Virus record (IMG/VR): IMGVR_UViG_2687453522_000004
DNA: 37,205 nt
Reading direction: 5' to 3' (one strand)
Source of the DNA: a virus
Lineage: Duplodnaviria > Heunggongvirae > Uroviricota > Caudoviricetes
The notes below the pieces were generated by a model that made no database searches, had not been told where the DNA came from, and saw only the letters and a list, made by a program, of their open reading frames with translations. The position numbers and the translations under genes were made by a program. Below are positions 1 to 10,298 of the stretch, one piece after another (the first letter of the stretch is position 1; the number at the start of each line of letters is the position of its first letter).

Positions 1-852
1 TTAAACACGAGGCATATAGGTCTGATTCCGATATTCAATTGGAGTCAGACCTTTTAATTTCAGGCTAATTCTTCTGCTGTTGTAGTATTCAATATATTCC
101 GTAACAGCATCCTTCAGTTCGCTTATATTACTGAACTCATCAAGATAAAAACACTCCGACTTTAAGGTTCCAAAGAAACACTCCACCACAGCATTATCCA
201 GACAATTGCCTTTTCTGGACATGCTTTGTTTAATACCATGTTCTTTAAGGATATTTTGATATCTTCTCATACGATACTGCCATCCCTGGTCAGAGTGCAG
301 AACAGGATGCTCGTGAGGATTAAGCTTTTTGAATGCCTGATCGAGCATATTCTCAACCATGTTCATCACTGGTCTTTCCGAAAGGCTGTAAGAAATAACT
401 TCGTTGTTGAAGAGATCTATTACTGGAGACAAATACAGCTTGCGCCCATTGACTGCAAATTCAGTAACATCGGTAACCCACTTCTCGTTTGGCCGCGTAG
501 CCTTGAAATCTCTTTGGAGAACATTAGGGGCGGTTTGCCCTACCTCTCCTCTGTAAGAGCGGTATCGCTTGACCTTAATCGCTGCTTTAAGTGAGAGGGT
601 TCCCATCAGGCGCTGAACAGCTTTATGGTTAATCTGTTTCCCTTCTCGATGAAGAGACAGCGTTACCCTACGGTATCCGTATCGGCCTCTATTCTCGTGA
701 TAAATCTCACTAATACGCTTTTTAACGTCCGCATACTTGTCAGGCTTGCTGAGAGCCTTTAGATGATAATAAAACGTACTGCGCGGTATCTCCGCAGCCC
801 TGAGAAGCTCATCAAGAGGATAAAACTGCCTTAGCTCGTTGAGTACTTTCAC
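1..852 (-). CDS. insK: IS150 OrfB (InsK-like, DDE integrase-core transposase); normally made as an OrfAB fusion by -1 frameshift
   Basis: 283-aa ORF in the -1 frame relative to OrfA, overlapping its 3' end; rve-type catalytic core; the stop codon is the first 3 nt of the window. Confidence 0.9.
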
Positions 853-1370
853 TTTTTCGTGGGATGAGCTAAGGCTTTCAGCTTTTTTAGATACATAAGC
901 CGCGTTTCAAGAAATCGAACTTGCCTTTCAAGATCCTCAATGCGTCGGTCTTTTGACAGCTCCAATGCTGATGCCGCTTTTTCTGGATCAACTGATATTG
1001 CAATGTTTCTTTTGGTGCCAATCTTGAGCGCGCGTAAACCAGCTTCTCCGCGCTCTTCATAGACCTTCAGCCACCTGGCTACAGAACCACTACCAGCAAG
1101 CATAAAGTGAGCAGCAGCCTGATTAAGGGACATGTGCTGCTCGATCACAGCTTTCACGACCTTAATACGCAACTCTGGATCAGCACTAACGCCTTTAGGT
1201 TTGGGAATTAAACCTTTTTCTCCATGTTTTTCATAGAGGGCAACCCATGTCCTGACCTGGGTTCGGGGGACACCAAAACGTGCCGAGATGATCCTGTAAC
1301 CATCATCAGTTGTGAAGTAGTGATTCACGACTTCAAGGCGCTTTTCAAAAGGGTATTTTGGCTTTGACAT
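849..1370 (-). CDS. insJ: IS150 OrfA (InsJ-like, HTH DNA-binding transposase subunit)
   Basis: 173-aa ORF starting MSKPKYPFEKRLEVVNHYF; HTH and leucine-zipper-like region typical of IS3-family OrfA. Confidence 0.9.
   Translation of the reverse strand: MSKPKYPFEKRLEVVNHYFTTDDGYRIISARFGVPRTQVRTWVALYEKHGEKGLIPKPKGVSADPELRIKVVKAVIEQHMSLNQAAAHFMLAGSGSVARWLKVYEERGEAGLRALKIGTKRNIAISVDPEKAASALELSKDRRIEDLERQVRFLETRLMYLKKLKALAHPTKK
882..888 (-). other. Programmed -1 ribosomal frameshift heptamer A AAA AAG (IS150 OrfA to OrfAB)
   Basis: On the minus strand, CTA AAA AAG is in the OrfA zero frame 11 codons before the OrfA stop; OrfB continues in the -1 frame. Confidence 0.8.
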
Positions 1371-1442
1371 ATTAGGGGCTATTCCATTTCATCGTCCAAC
1401 AAAATGGGTGCAGTACACGACTGAGGGGCTTTCTGTTTGTAA

Positions 1443-1661
1443 TTACATCCACATAATTTGCTGCCCTGACGGCAACGGGTGCGGCCTTACGGCGTGGACT
1501 TCTCCCGGTTTCACGATGTATCGCTGTACCGACTCATAAGTGATGAACGTGGCGCTGCAATTCACGTTCTGACACTGGTGATAACGCTCTTTTGTCGTGT
1601 CAGTAATATAGCGACTTGTACGCGCATGTGCGGCATGCTGGCATAAAGGACAATGAAACAT
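1443..1661 (-). CDS. ogr: Ogr, zinc-finger activator of P2 late transcription (72 aa; the ORF track extends to 1724 but the conserved start is MFHCPLCQ)
   Basis: Protein MFHCPLCQHAAHARTSRYITDTTKERYHQCQNVNCSATF... with the C-x2-C...C-x4-C zinc-finger pattern; position downstream of D as in P2. Confidence 0.9.
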   Translation of the reverse strand: MFHCPLCQHAAHARTSRYITDTTKERYHQCQNVNCSATFITYESVQRYIVKPGEVHAVRPHPLPSGQQIMWM

Positions 1662-1742
1662 CGCGAGCACCTCTTCCGGTTTTGTTGATGGTGCCATTTT
1701 AGTTAATTTATCCTTATAAAACAAACAGATAAAATAAAAACA

Positions 1743-2906
1743 TCACTCATCATCTTCTGTTTCGTACTCCACATCAGAAAGCCTGACCTCAAGCTCTAAG
1801 GACGTCGTGAAGCCGCTATTATTCAGAAAATGTGTCACCTTAGTGATTGTCCAGTCCTGCTCGTCTATGACGCGCTTAAAGCCTGACACTTTAACCGGTG
1901 TTTCCGTGTAAATATCAGCCCGACCGGTAGCCAGGCTGATGGAGAACTCCGCAACGCCCCGTTGCAGTTTATCCCACTTCGCCTGAGCGGCGCGCATGGC
2001 CTGCGCTTTCGTGGCATATACCGTAGTCAGGGCAAAAACATTGTCAGCCTCACCTGCCATGTATTCACCTTCGCGCGCTTCCGGTACTTTTGGCGCTTTC
2101 TTCTGCGTGACCGGTTTCGCTTTCGGGTGCTCCAGTGCGCGCAGGTGTTTCTCTTTCTTTTTGCGTTTCAGTTTTACCTTCTGCTTTTGCGGCTTCGGGT
2201 CTTTGGTGTGTAACCACTTTGCCGTTACGCCGGTGTAGGCTCCACGGTCAGCAATCGCAAAATGATGGCGGTCACCGTCGCTGCGGGTGATGGTGACCTG
2301 CGGGATTTTTTTACCGCTGGCCGTCACCCCCTGCCCCGCTTTGAGAAACAGCAGTTTTCCCATTTTTACCGACACCTCACCGCCGTTGCGTTCTGCAAGA
2401 CGGGTCAGAAATTTCGCATCAGACTCCTGCGACTGGTCGATGTGCGGGATTTTAATTCCGGCCAGTGACGGAGCGACACTGGCTTCCAGCCTGTTACGGG
2501 AGGCTATCGCCTCAACAATCGCACCGAGCGTGGTGTCATGCCATGAGCCTTCACGGCGGGAATTGAGCGTCCCGCGAAAATCTGCACTCCGGGCGCGGAT
2601 GGTGACCACATCCGGTGCGCCCCGGTGTTCAACCTCATCAACGGTAAATTTCCCTTTGCATACCAGGGCAAAACCTTTCCAGCCGATATACACCGTCAGG
2701 ACAGCGCCACGAATCGGTAGTCCGACCTGCCCGTCGGCATCGTTCAGTTCAATATCAAGCTGGTCAGCCTCAAAGCCCCGGTTATCCGTCAGGGTCATGC
2801 TCATCAGACGGTCGCTGATATTGCCGGTAATATCCCTGCTGTCGAGCATCAGCATGTAATCCGGCGTCAGCGTACTGCCTGCATCAAATGTCAGTGCATC
2901 CAGCAT
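1743..2906 (-). CDS. D: P2 gpD-like tail protein (late control gene D)
   Basis: 387 aa, same length as the remembered P2 gpD and same position after U. Confidence 0.9.
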   Translation of the reverse strand: MLDALTFDAGSTLTPDYMLMLDSRDITGNISDRLMSMTLTDNRGFEADQLDIELNDADGQVGLPIRGAVLTVYIGWKGFALVCKGKFTVDEVEHRGAPDVVTIRARSADFRGTLNSRREGSWHDTTLGAIVEAIASRNRLEASVAPSLAGIKIPHIDQSQESDAKFLTRLAERNGGEVSVKMGKLLFLKAGQGVTASGKKIPQVTITRSDGDRHHFAIADRGAYTGVTAKWLHTKDPKPQKQKVKLKRKKKEKHLRALEHPKAKPVTQKKAPKVPEAREGEYMAGEADNVFALTTVYATKAQAMRAAQAKWDKLQRGVAEFSISLATGRADIYTETPVKVSGFKRVIDEQDWTITKVTHFLNNSGFTTSLELEVRLSDVEYETEDDE

Positions 2907-3385
2907 TATCCCGCCCCCGTCATACCCGTGAATTTAGTCGCCATACTGCCAGCCTTACCGATGAGCGATTCCGCCTGTTTACCGATATCGCCATAAAGCG
3001 CGGCCAGTGATTCATCAACGCGGGTGAGCGACAGCGTAAAATCAATTTTCCGGGGTGTGCCGTCTGCAAAGAAAATACTCCCTGTTTCACTCACCTTGCT
3101 GATGACATACATGCCGTAAATCATGCCGGTGCCATCCAGCAACGGCCACGCCCGCCCCTCCTCTGCCATCAGCCTGAGCGTGGTCATCGTCAGCTTGCCG
3201 CCGGTCAGTTCGGGATAAAGCACACCGGCAAGCGTGATGTTTTCCTCACCCACACCGAGAAACTGAAAAGCGTCCCGTTTACCGATACGGGAATTTGACG
3301 GCCAGCGATAATCTGATTCACGCTGCATGGTCTGGTGTGGCAGCGTCTGGCGCATAAAAACAAACATACCTAACGCGAGCATCAT
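2906..3385 (-). CDS. U: P2 gpU-like tail protein
   Basis: 159 aa; start overlaps the D stop (ATGA); between T and D as in P2. Confidence 0.88.
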   Translation of the reverse strand: MMLALGMFVFMRQTLPHQTMQRESDYRWPSNSRIGKRDAFQFLGVGEENITLAGVLYPELTGGKLTMTTLRLMAEEGRAWPLLDGTGMIYGMYVISKVSETGSIFFADGTPRKIDFTLSLTRVDESLAALYGDIGKQAESLIGKAGSMATKFTGMTGAG

Positions 3386-3399
3386 TTTTCGTCACCTCC

Positions 3400-5847
3400 T
3401 TAACCGTCATGCATCATGCTGGCACGGGCGCGCGCACGTTTATCCCGCTCGTATTTTTCGAGCGCATCCTGTAACTGGCGGTCGAGCTGTGTCCCCGGCG
3501 CAGTACCACCCGTCAGGCTGATGTGATATTCGTTTTTACTCTGGTCTACATAAGAGCGGCCAGCCGGTGCCGTGACCGGCTGATAAGCCTGATAACCTGC
3601 ATAAGAGCTGGTCGCCGGAATATAACCACCGCGGCCATACGTGGCGGCTTGAGTTCTGGCGGCGGTCTGGTCAAGTGTGTCTGACTCTTTGTTGATAACA
3701 CCGAGTTTTTCCAGTACCCAGTCAATACCACTGCGCAGTTTGTTGAACGCATTAAGCGGCAGCATCAGCGCGTCAGCCAGTGCCTGCCCGAACATGACCC
3801 CCGTGTCACGGCAACGGTTCAGGGTGTCCTGAGTGGCTTTGACCGGGGCAATCAGGTTTTTAAACCACTGCCACGCGGCCTGTAACTTTTCACCCAGCCA
3901 GTCAAACACCGGCTTAAGTGGCGTGAACAGTTCCCCCACCGGCGCAAATGCCACTTTCAGCCCTTCAACCACACCGCCAAAGAATGCGCTGACAGGCTCC
4001 CAGTATTTACGGATAAGCAACGCCCCGGCGACAATTGCGGCCACCACGGCCACAACCGGCCAGCTAATAGCCCCGATGGCGGTCATAACAGCACTGCCAA
4101 CCGTCGTGAAGACTGCCCCCATTGCGCCTGCTGCCGCGATGATGGCATTGATGCCGGTGATAACCGGCCAGGCGACAAGACCAATGGCACCGATGATGCC
4201 AGTAAGCGCCAGTGCGCCACCGACAATGAGGCCGATGGTTGACGCCAGTGATTTGTTTTTCTTGATCCAGCCGTCGAGTTTTAACACATACTTTGTGGCC
4301 GTCTGCGTGAGATTACGCAGTGCGCCTTCCTGCTGGTCAAACAGGTCAGTCCCCACCGCCTCATAAGCAGACTGAAACTCCTTAAAGTCACCGCCGAGGT
4401 TGTCCTGCATGATATTTACCAGCTCGGCGGTCTTCCCGTCTGAGGCTTTAAACGCAGCGGTCAGTTTGTCCAGCTTTCCGGTTGAGGCGGCAGTCATCAG
4501 CACGGCGGCGGCTGAGCTGGCCTCCTCCCCGAAAATAGTTTTCATGTATTCAGCCTGCTGGGCAGTACCGAGCCGGTTTTTCTCAAAACTGGCCTGCATT
4601 TCTTTCAGAATGGTAAATACTGGTCGGGTGTTTCCCTTGCTGTCTGAGGTTTTCACACCAAGCTCTTTCAGTGCATCCCATGCTTTTCCCGTCGGTGCCT
4701 GCAGGCGGCTTAACACGGCACGGCTTCCCGTCCCCGCCATTGAACCGGTAATTTTTGCATCATGCAGTGCCCCGACCATTGCGGCGGTTTCTTCAATGCT
4801 GACACCGGCATTTTTTGCCACAGGTGCGGCATAGGTCAGCGCATCGCTCATGCCGTCAAAATCGGCGGCGGTTTTGTTCATCGTCATGGAGAGAACATCC
4901 CCGATATGAGCGACCTTATCGTTTGAAAGCTGAAAGGCGGATTTCATCCCCATCAACAGGGCGGCGTTTTCTTCCATCGTGCGACGGTTCGCCAGCGCCA
5001 TATTCAGCGTGACCGGCGTTGCCGCCTGAATGGCATCAACATCCCCGCCGGCTTTCGCAATGATAATCTGCGCACCGGCTGCATCATCCGCCGAGGCGGC
5101 GGTGTTGTCGCCAAGCTGGCGCGCCTGCTTGCGGAGTGCGGTCATTTCGGCGGAGTCTTTTGCCACTCCGAGCACGGCCTGCAATTCTGAGTTTTTCTGC
5201 TCAAACTCATAACCGGGCATCAGCAGCTTAACTCCGGCCATCGTTCCCGCCGCCGCAATCCCCACACCGGCAGCGCCCACTGAGGCTATATTTCCGGCCA
5301 GTTCCTTTCCGGCCTGATAACGCTGTTTGACTGCGTTAAGTTTTGCCTGTTGCGCACTGACACGCGCCAGCGCATCACGCTGACGGTTAAGCTGTGCGGT
5401 GGTTTCACTGATACGGTTTTTCAGTCCCTGCTCATCATGTGCAAGATTGCGGGTATTAATTCCCACAGCGGCCAGTTCCCGCTGCTGGCGTTTAACGGAA
5501 TCCGTCAGGCGGTTATATTTCGCCTGTAAGTCCTCCGCCGCACGCTTCGCGGATTCCAGCACTTTCGCCTGAGCACGTGTCGGACGTTCGGTGTTTTTAA
5601 ACTGTGTGGCAAGGGCTTCGGCCTCCTGCCGTGCCTTTTCAAGTGCATGACCAGTCACGGCGAGCTGTGCACTGGTCTTGCGAAATCCCTCAATACGGGA
5701 TGCCTGACCGTTCAGCTCGCGCAGTGATTTTTGTGTTTCCCGGATATCCCCCGACAGCGATTTGCTCGCTGTGCGGATGGATTTAAACGGACGGGATGCC
5801 TGGTCAACAGCCCTGAGCAATACCTGTAATTTTACATTGTTACTCAT
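3400..5847 (-). CDS. T: Tail tape measure protein (gpT-like)
   Basis: 815 aa, Ala/Gly-rich with coiled-coil N-terminus and hydrophobic central segments; immediately downstream of E/E'. Confidence 0.92.
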   Translation of the reverse strand: MSNNVKLQVLLRAVDQASRPFKSIRTASKSLSGDIRETQKSLRELNGQASRIEGFRKTSAQLAVTGHALEKARQEAEALATQFKNTERPTRAQAKVLESAKRAAEDLQAKYNRLTDSVKRQQRELAAVGINTRNLAHDEQGLKNRISETTAQLNRQRDALARVSAQQAKLNAVKQRYQAGKELAGNIASVGAAGVGIAAAGTMAGVKLLMPGYEFEQKNSELQAVLGVAKDSAEMTALRKQARQLGDNTAASADDAAGAQIIIAKAGGDVDAIQAATPVTLNMALANRRTMEENAALLMGMKSAFQLSNDKVAHIGDVLSMTMNKTAADFDGMSDALTYAAPVAKNAGVSIEETAAMVGALHDAKITGSMAGTGSRAVLSRLQAPTGKAWDALKELGVKTSDSKGNTRPVFTILKEMQASFEKNRLGTAQQAEYMKTIFGEEASSAAAVLMTAASTGKLDKLTAAFKASDGKTAELVNIMQDNLGGDFKEFQSAYEAVGTDLFDQQEGALRNLTQTATKYVLKLDGWIKKNKSLASTIGLIVGGALALTGIIGAIGLVAWPVITGINAIIAAAGAMGAVFTTVGSAVMTAIGAISWPVVAVVAAIVAGALLIRKYWEPVSAFFGGVVEGLKVAFAPVGELFTPLKPVFDWLGEKLQAAWQWFKNLIAPVKATQDTLNRCRDTGVMFGQALADALMLPLNAFNKLRSGIDWVLEKLGVINKESDTLDQTAARTQAATYGRGGYIPATSSYAGYQAYQPVTAPAGRSYVDQSKNEYHISLTGGTAPGTQLDRQLQDALEKYERDKRARARASMMHDG

Positions 5848-6267
5848 TCGTGTTTCCGCTTCGCCGGAGCGCCTTTTCGCGCCATGTGATGAGTTCGGTC
5901 AGGCTCATGGGATACAGTTCTGATGGCGGCCAGTGAAATATCACTGCCACATCCGCCATCAGGTCATCGACCGAGAGATTTTTCGGAAACGTCACTGCAC
6001 CGAGTTCGGCGACAAAAAACCGACCACCTTACCGGCCAGCGCCACAAGGTCAGGCAGTTCCAGTGCGGCGACTTCCTGCTCGGTCAGCATCGGTGCCGTC
6101 ATGCGCGGCAACACCTTAATCAGTGCATCGACTTCGGAGTTTGCGACCGCTGCCAGACTGACACCGCGCAGCGTCCCGGCACTGGGTTTCATCAGCGTGA
6201 CCTGTTCGATAACCTGCTCACCACGTTTGACCGGATTGTCCAGGGTAATCACATTTTCTTTGTTCAT
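5840..6267 (-). CDS. E': gpE+E' tail assembly chaperone made by programmed -1 frameshift (142 aa)
   Basis: Slipping at T TTT TTG (6013..6019) gives 85 zero-frame codons plus 57 -1-frame codons, ending at a TAA 2 nt before the T start codon. The 142-aa total equals the remembered P2 E+E' length. Confidence 0.85.
5992..6267 (-). CDS. E: Tail assembly chaperone gpE (zero-frame product)
   Basis: 91 aa ORF between FII and T, ending ...VGFLSPNSVQ. Confidence 0.9.
   Translation of the reverse strand: MNKENVITLDNPVKRGEQVIEQVTLMKPSAGTLRGVSLAAVANSEVDALIKVLPRMTAPMLTEQEVAALELPDLVALAGKVVGFLSPNSVQ
6013..6019 (-). other. Programmed -1 frameshift heptamer T TTT TTG (E to E+E')
   Basis: On the minus strand, GGT TTT TTG is in the E zero frame 7 codons before the E stop; the -1 frame stays open to 5840. 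Confidence 0.85.
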
Positions 6268-6323
6268 GGTTTTCTCACTTATGAATCGGGGTTAACCGGT
6301 CAGCCAGGCTGACCGGATGAAAA

Positions 6324-6842
6324 TCACAGGCCGATATTGCGGCGGTGTTGCTCCAGCCGGTCGACGCCGTTCACCTTCTCAATCATGTTGATGGTGTCGA
6401 TTTCGACCAGCTCCTTACCGTCCATCGTCAGCCGGAAATAGGTGCAGACCACGGAGATTTTCGACTCAGTGTCTTCTCCCTGTTTACCCTCGCCGGTGTC
6501 GATTTCTTTCTGACGTCCACGCATGACCACCTCGACGGCCACCGTTTCGCCGGTATCGTCACGCTGGTAAGAGCCTGCAAAACGAATCGGCACAGCATCC
6601 ACACCGGTTGCGGCGTAAAGCTCCCAGATAACCGAATCCGGGAAGCCCCCGAGCGACCACTCCATTGACAGCGCATCGTCATCAAGGCCGAGGTCTACCG
6701 GTGCGCTGCCGTTCATTCCCGCACCGCGATAGTTTTCGAGCTTACGGGTCAGTTTTGGCAGCGTGACGGACTTTGCAACGCCCTGATAGCTGTAGCCGTT
6801 CAGAAAGACGTTCATTAACTTGAGTTTGCGCGGCATTGCCAT
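6324..6842 (-). CDS. FII: Tail tube protein (gpFII-like)
   Basis: 172 aa ORF directly downstream of the sheath gene; length and position as in P2. Confidence 0.9.
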   Translation of the reverse strand: MAMPRKLKLMNVFLNGYSYQGVAKSVTLPKLTRKLENYRGAGMNGSAPVDLGLDDDALSMEWSLGGFPDSVIWELYAATGVDAVPIRFAGSYQRDDTGETVAVEVVMRGRQKEIDTGEGKQGEDTESKISVVCTYFRLTMDGKELVEIDTINMIEKVNGVDRLEQHRRNIGL

Positions 6843-6854
6843 CGGTCAGGCTCC

Positions 6855-8045
6855 TTAATTGCTGTTAACCGAGGTGACCAGATTTGCCAGGTATTTATCG
6901 GTAATACGCTGGCGCAGGGTCAGGTTTTCGAGAGGAGGCACCGGTGTATAGTCGTAGTCGATATACAGTTTTCCGGCCTTGAGGGTTTCCGCATCGTTGG
7001 ATTCTTCGCTGAACCAGCATGTGCCATCCACGATATAGCCGTTTGTTTTCAGCTCTCGGAATTTGGCATTGATGCCATCAACGATGTCGCGAATCAGCGT
7101 TGCGGTGATGGGCTTGTCCACCGCCCACATGTGCGCCTCAGCCATCGTGTCGGCCAGCACCTGCGCGGTGCGGGTGTAGTTTTCAAAGAGGAACAGCGGG
7201 TCATCAGAGCAGGTACGGTTACCCCAGAAGCGGAAACCGTCACGGCGAATCAGCGTTGTGACGCCTGACTCATTCAGCAGGTCAGCATCGGTGCCGGACT
7301 CCTGCAAATCCCAGAATACAGATGCGCTGATGCCGGTAACACCGTTCACCCCAACGTTGGACAGTGTTTTATGCCAGCCCTGCTCCTGGTCGATTTTAGC
7401 GCGCAGACCCAGCGCACGGGCGGTGGCATACGCGGTGGCGGTGGTACTGGTGACCGTATCCCATGCGAGGAAATCCGGCCAGATGACCATCAGCTCACGC
7501 TGGCTGAAATTCTGGCGGTAGGCTTTCACCTCGGAAATGGTTTTACAGCCCCATGCGCTGATATACCCGAAAGCGCGCAGCTTCTGACAGACTGATGCCA
7601 GTGCGACGGCAACCTCTTTGGTGTCCAGTCCCGGCACACCGAGAATGCGCGGCTTAACACCGGTTACCGACTCCGCCGCCAGCAGGGCTTTCAGTCCGGT
7701 GTACTGACCGTTTTCGTCGGTGGTGCCGATGATATTGGAAACGGTCTGCGCGAGTTTCGTTTCCTCGTCGTCACCGGTGCCGTCTTCCACACGCACGACA
7801 ACGGTGACCGGTTTTGACTGGTCGGCGATGGCCTGTAACGACGCCGCCAGCGTGCCTTTTTTACCAGCCTTTGCAATTGCGCTCTGCACATTGGTAATCA
7901 GCACCGGTTTATTGAGGGGGAAGGTTTCCGCATCCGCATCGCTGGCCGTGCAGACCATGCCGACAATGGCAGTGGATACGGTGGAAATGACGCGGGTGCC
8001 GTCGTTAATCTCCAGCACCTGCACGCCGTGATGATAGTCACTCAT
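6855..8045 (-). CDS. FI: Contractile tail sheath protein (gpFI-like)
   Basis: 396 aa ORF; length and position as in P2. Confidence 0.92.
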   Translation of the reverse strand: MSDYHHGVQVLEINDGTRVISTVSTAIVGMVCTASDADAETFPLNKPVLITNVQSAIAKAGKKGTLAASLQAIADQSKPVTVVVRVEDGTGDDEETKLAQTVSNIIGTTDENGQYTGLKALLAAESVTGVKPRILGVPGLDTKEVAVALASVCQKLRAFGYISAWGCKTISEVKAYRQNFSQRELMVIWPDFLAWDTVTSTTATAYATARALGLRAKIDQEQGWHKTLSNVGVNGVTGISASVFWDLQESGTDADLLNESGVTTLIRRDGFRFWGNRTCSDDPLFLFENYTRTAQVLADTMAEAHMWAVDKPITATLIRDIVDGINAKFRELKTNGYIVDGTCWFSEESNDAETLKAGKLYIDYDYTPVPPLENLTLRQRITDKYLANLVTSVNSN

Positions 8046-8104
8046 CCGTTTAACTCCGTGGTTAATGGGTGAGTGATATTTTTAGTTGTGCCGGAGATGT
8101 CAGG

Positions 8105-8673
8105 CTATTTGTCCCGGTTGGCTAAGGGATGACACAATTTATTTTTTGTCACTGAGGCGGGGAATTTTTTATAGAGCGTGGACAGGCCAATATCAAAAAT
8201 CAGTGCCACGCGTTGACGTGATTCCCCTGCAGCCAGCAACCGCCCGGCCTGCTCCCACTCACTCGCGGTGAGTTTCGGACGTCTGCCACCAATACGACCT
8301 TTGGCTCTGGCCGCCTCCAGTCCGGCGCGTGTCCGCTCGACAATGAGTTCTCGCTCCATTTCAGCCAGGGCACCCATCACATGAAAGAAAAAACGCCCCA
8401 TCGGCGTGCTGGTATCAATGGCATCCGTCAGGCTGCGAAAATTAATGCCGCGTTCGCGCAGCTCCTCAACCAGAATGACCAGATGCCGCATACTACGCCC
8501 CAGCCGGTCCAGCTTCCAGACTACCAGAGTGTCACCTTCCGATAATGTTCTGAGCAGTTTTTTCAGCCCCGGCCTGTCGGACTTCGTGCCGCTGATTTTA
8601 TCCTCAAAAATCAGCTCACATCCTGCGCACTCCAGCGCGTTACGCTGCAATTCCGTGTTCTGGTCATTTGTTG
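8105..8673 (-). pseudogene. Serine DNA invertase (Pin/Gin/Hin/Cin family), C-terminal fragment separated from its start by an IS66-family insertion
   Basis: Translation ...LQRNALECAGCELIFEDKISGTKSDRPGLKKLL...GDTLVVWKLDRLGRS...MGRFFFHVMGALAEMERE... is resolvase/invertase-like with a C-terminal HTH. Reading upstream in frame runs into the IS end instead of the MLIGYVRVS N-terminus. Confidence 0.88.
8666..8673. repeat. Target-site duplication ATTTGTTG, left copy (IS66-family insertion)
   Basis: Exact 8-bp direct repeat also present at 11129..11136 directly flanking the IS ends. Confidence 0.85.
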
Positions 8674-8714
8674 GTAAGCGTGCAGCAAGAACCGTATTGA
8701 CGGGGATGTGTTAT

Positions 8715-10250
8715 TCAGTCGGCAGTGCTACGCGCCAGGGGGAGCAGTTCGCCGACCCGGTTTATCGGCCAGTCGGCTATGACGTCAAGGACATAGCGGA
8801 GGTAGCTTTCTGGCTCCACTCCGTTCAGTTTGCACGTCCCGATCAGGCTGTACAGCAGCGCTCCCCGCTCTCCTCCATGATCCGAACCGAAGAACAGGTA
8901 GTTTTTGCGGCCCAGACTGACCATCCGCAACGCATTTTCAGCGATGTTATTGTCCGCCTCAGCCCAGCCATCATCTGCATAGTACGTCAGCGCCGGCCAC
9001 TGGTTCAGGGCGTATGCGAACGCTTTCGCCAGTTCTGAGTGTCGCGACAGGGTTTTCATCTTTTCACGCAGCCAGCTTTCCAGGGATTTCAGCAGCGGTT
9101 TCGTTTTCAACTGACGTTCGGCAAGGCGCTGCTCCGCCGTCATTCCCCTTATCTCTGCCTCGATGGCGTACAGTTCGCCGATCCGTTTCAGCGCTTCCTC
9201 CGTCAGGGCTGACGGGGTGCGAACGTGCACATCGTGGATTTTACGGCGGGCGTGAGCCCAACAGGCGGCTTCCGTTATCCGGCCATCCCGGTACAGCTCG
9301 TTGAACCCGGCGTATGCATCCGCCTGCAGTACACCACTGAACCCCGCAAGATGGGTCTGCGGATGGATGCCTTTTCTGTCCGGGCTGTAAGCGAACCACA
9401 CCGCCGGCGCCAGCGTTGACCCGGCGTTACGGTCGTCACGAACGTAGGTCCATAACCGCCCGGTCTTCGTTTTCTTATTGCCTGGCAACAGCACCGGGAC
9501 AGGCGTGTCATCAGCATGGAGCTTACCGTCAGTCAGCACATAGTCCTGAAGCGCTTCTTCCAGCGGTGACAGTAGCCGGCAGCATGCATCCACCCAGCCC
9601 GACAGCAGTGAACGACTCAGCTCCACGCCCTGGCGGCCGTACATTTCAGACTGGCGGTACAGCGGGGTGTGCTCTGCATACTTTGAGATCAGCACGCGGG
9701 CCAGCAGCCCCGGTCCTGCGATACCCCGCTCGATGGGCCGTGAAGGCGCGGGGGCCTGCACGATGGCATCGCACTGAGTACAGGCATGCTTTTCACGTAC
9801 AGTCCGGATAACCCGGAAGGCGCTGCGCATCAGCTCCAGCTGTTCGGCGGCATCCTCACCCAGATAGCTCAGCGAGCCTCCACATTCCGGGCAGCATGAC
9901 GCTGCCGGCAGCAGCCGTTTTTCATCGCGGGGGAGTGATTCGGGGAACGGTTTGCGGGTGCGGGTTTGACGCAGCGGGCGCTGCACGGCCGGGTCGTCAA
10001 CCCGACCGGTAAGGGTATCACTTTCTTTCTGAAGTGCCTTCAGGTCAGCTTCCATCTGTGCGATACGACGGGAGACTTTTTCCGAGCGGCTGCCGAAGTT
10101 CATCCGGCGCAGCTTATCCAGCTGTGCCTGCAGATGGTCTATTTCGCGTTCACGCTCGTTCAGCTTTTCCTGCAGGGCACGGTTCAGCGCCTCCTGTTCG
10201 GCAAGGAGACGTTTCAGTGCATTGATATCGTCAGGAAGTGAGCTGCTCAT
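8715..10250 (-). CDS. tnpC: IS66-family transposase TnpC
   Basis: 511-aa ORF with N-terminal coiled coil/leucine zipper, CxxC zinc-finger motifs (CCPECGG...CTQCD) and a DDE-type core, typical of IS66 TnpC. Confidence 0.88.
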   Translation of the reverse strand: MSSSLPDDINALKRLLAEQEALNRALQEKLNEREREIDHLQAQLDKLRRMNFGSRSEKVSRRIAQMEADLKALQKESDTLTGRVDDPAVQRPLRQTRTRKPFPESLPRDEKRLLPAASCCPECGGSLSYLGEDAAEQLELMRSAFRVIRTVREKHACTQCDAIVQAPAPSRPIERGIAGPGLLARVLISKYAEHTPLYRQSEMYGRQGVELSRSLLSGWVDACCRLLSPLEEALQDYVLTDGKLHADDTPVPVLLPGNKKTKTGRLWTYVRDDRNAGSTLAPAVWFAYSPDRKGIHPQTHLAGFSGVLQADAYAGFNELYRDGRITEAACWAHARRKIHDVHVRTPSALTEEALKRIGELYAIEAEIRGMTAEQRLAERQLKTKPLLKSLESWLREKMKTLSRHSELAKAFAYALNQWPALTYYADDGWAEADNNIAENALRMVSLGRKNYLFFGSDHGGERGALLYSLIGTCKLNGVEPESYLRYVLDVIADWPINRVGELLPLARSTAD

Positions 10251-10298
10251 ACCGGGTATATTACCAGGCTCATTCAGCGTCGACCAGGATAAAGAGGC

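Larger units (their letters stand above)
1..1417 (-). mobile_element. IS150 (IS3 family) insertion sequence, truncated by the window start (about 26 bp of the far end missing)
   Basis: OrfA and OrfB overlap in the -1 frame with an A AAA AAG slippery heptamer. The terminal inverted repeat ends at 1417 (TGTACTGCACCCATTTTG... read on the minus strand). Both protein sequences match remembered IS150 InsJ/InsK. Confidence 0.85.

Noticed and set aside
3833-5212. Several plus-strand ORFs (3833..4366, 4400..4834, 4815..5012, 5030..5212) inside the tape-measure gene
   Set aside because: They are antisense to a well-supported 815-aa gene and show the Ala/Ser/Thr/Pro-rich, low-complexity translations typical of the reverse strand of GC-rich coding DNA.
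8406-9038. 210-aa plus-strand ORF crossing the invertase fragment, the IS66 end and tnpC
   Set aside because: It spans a mobile-element boundary and is antisense to two supported genes; an artefact.
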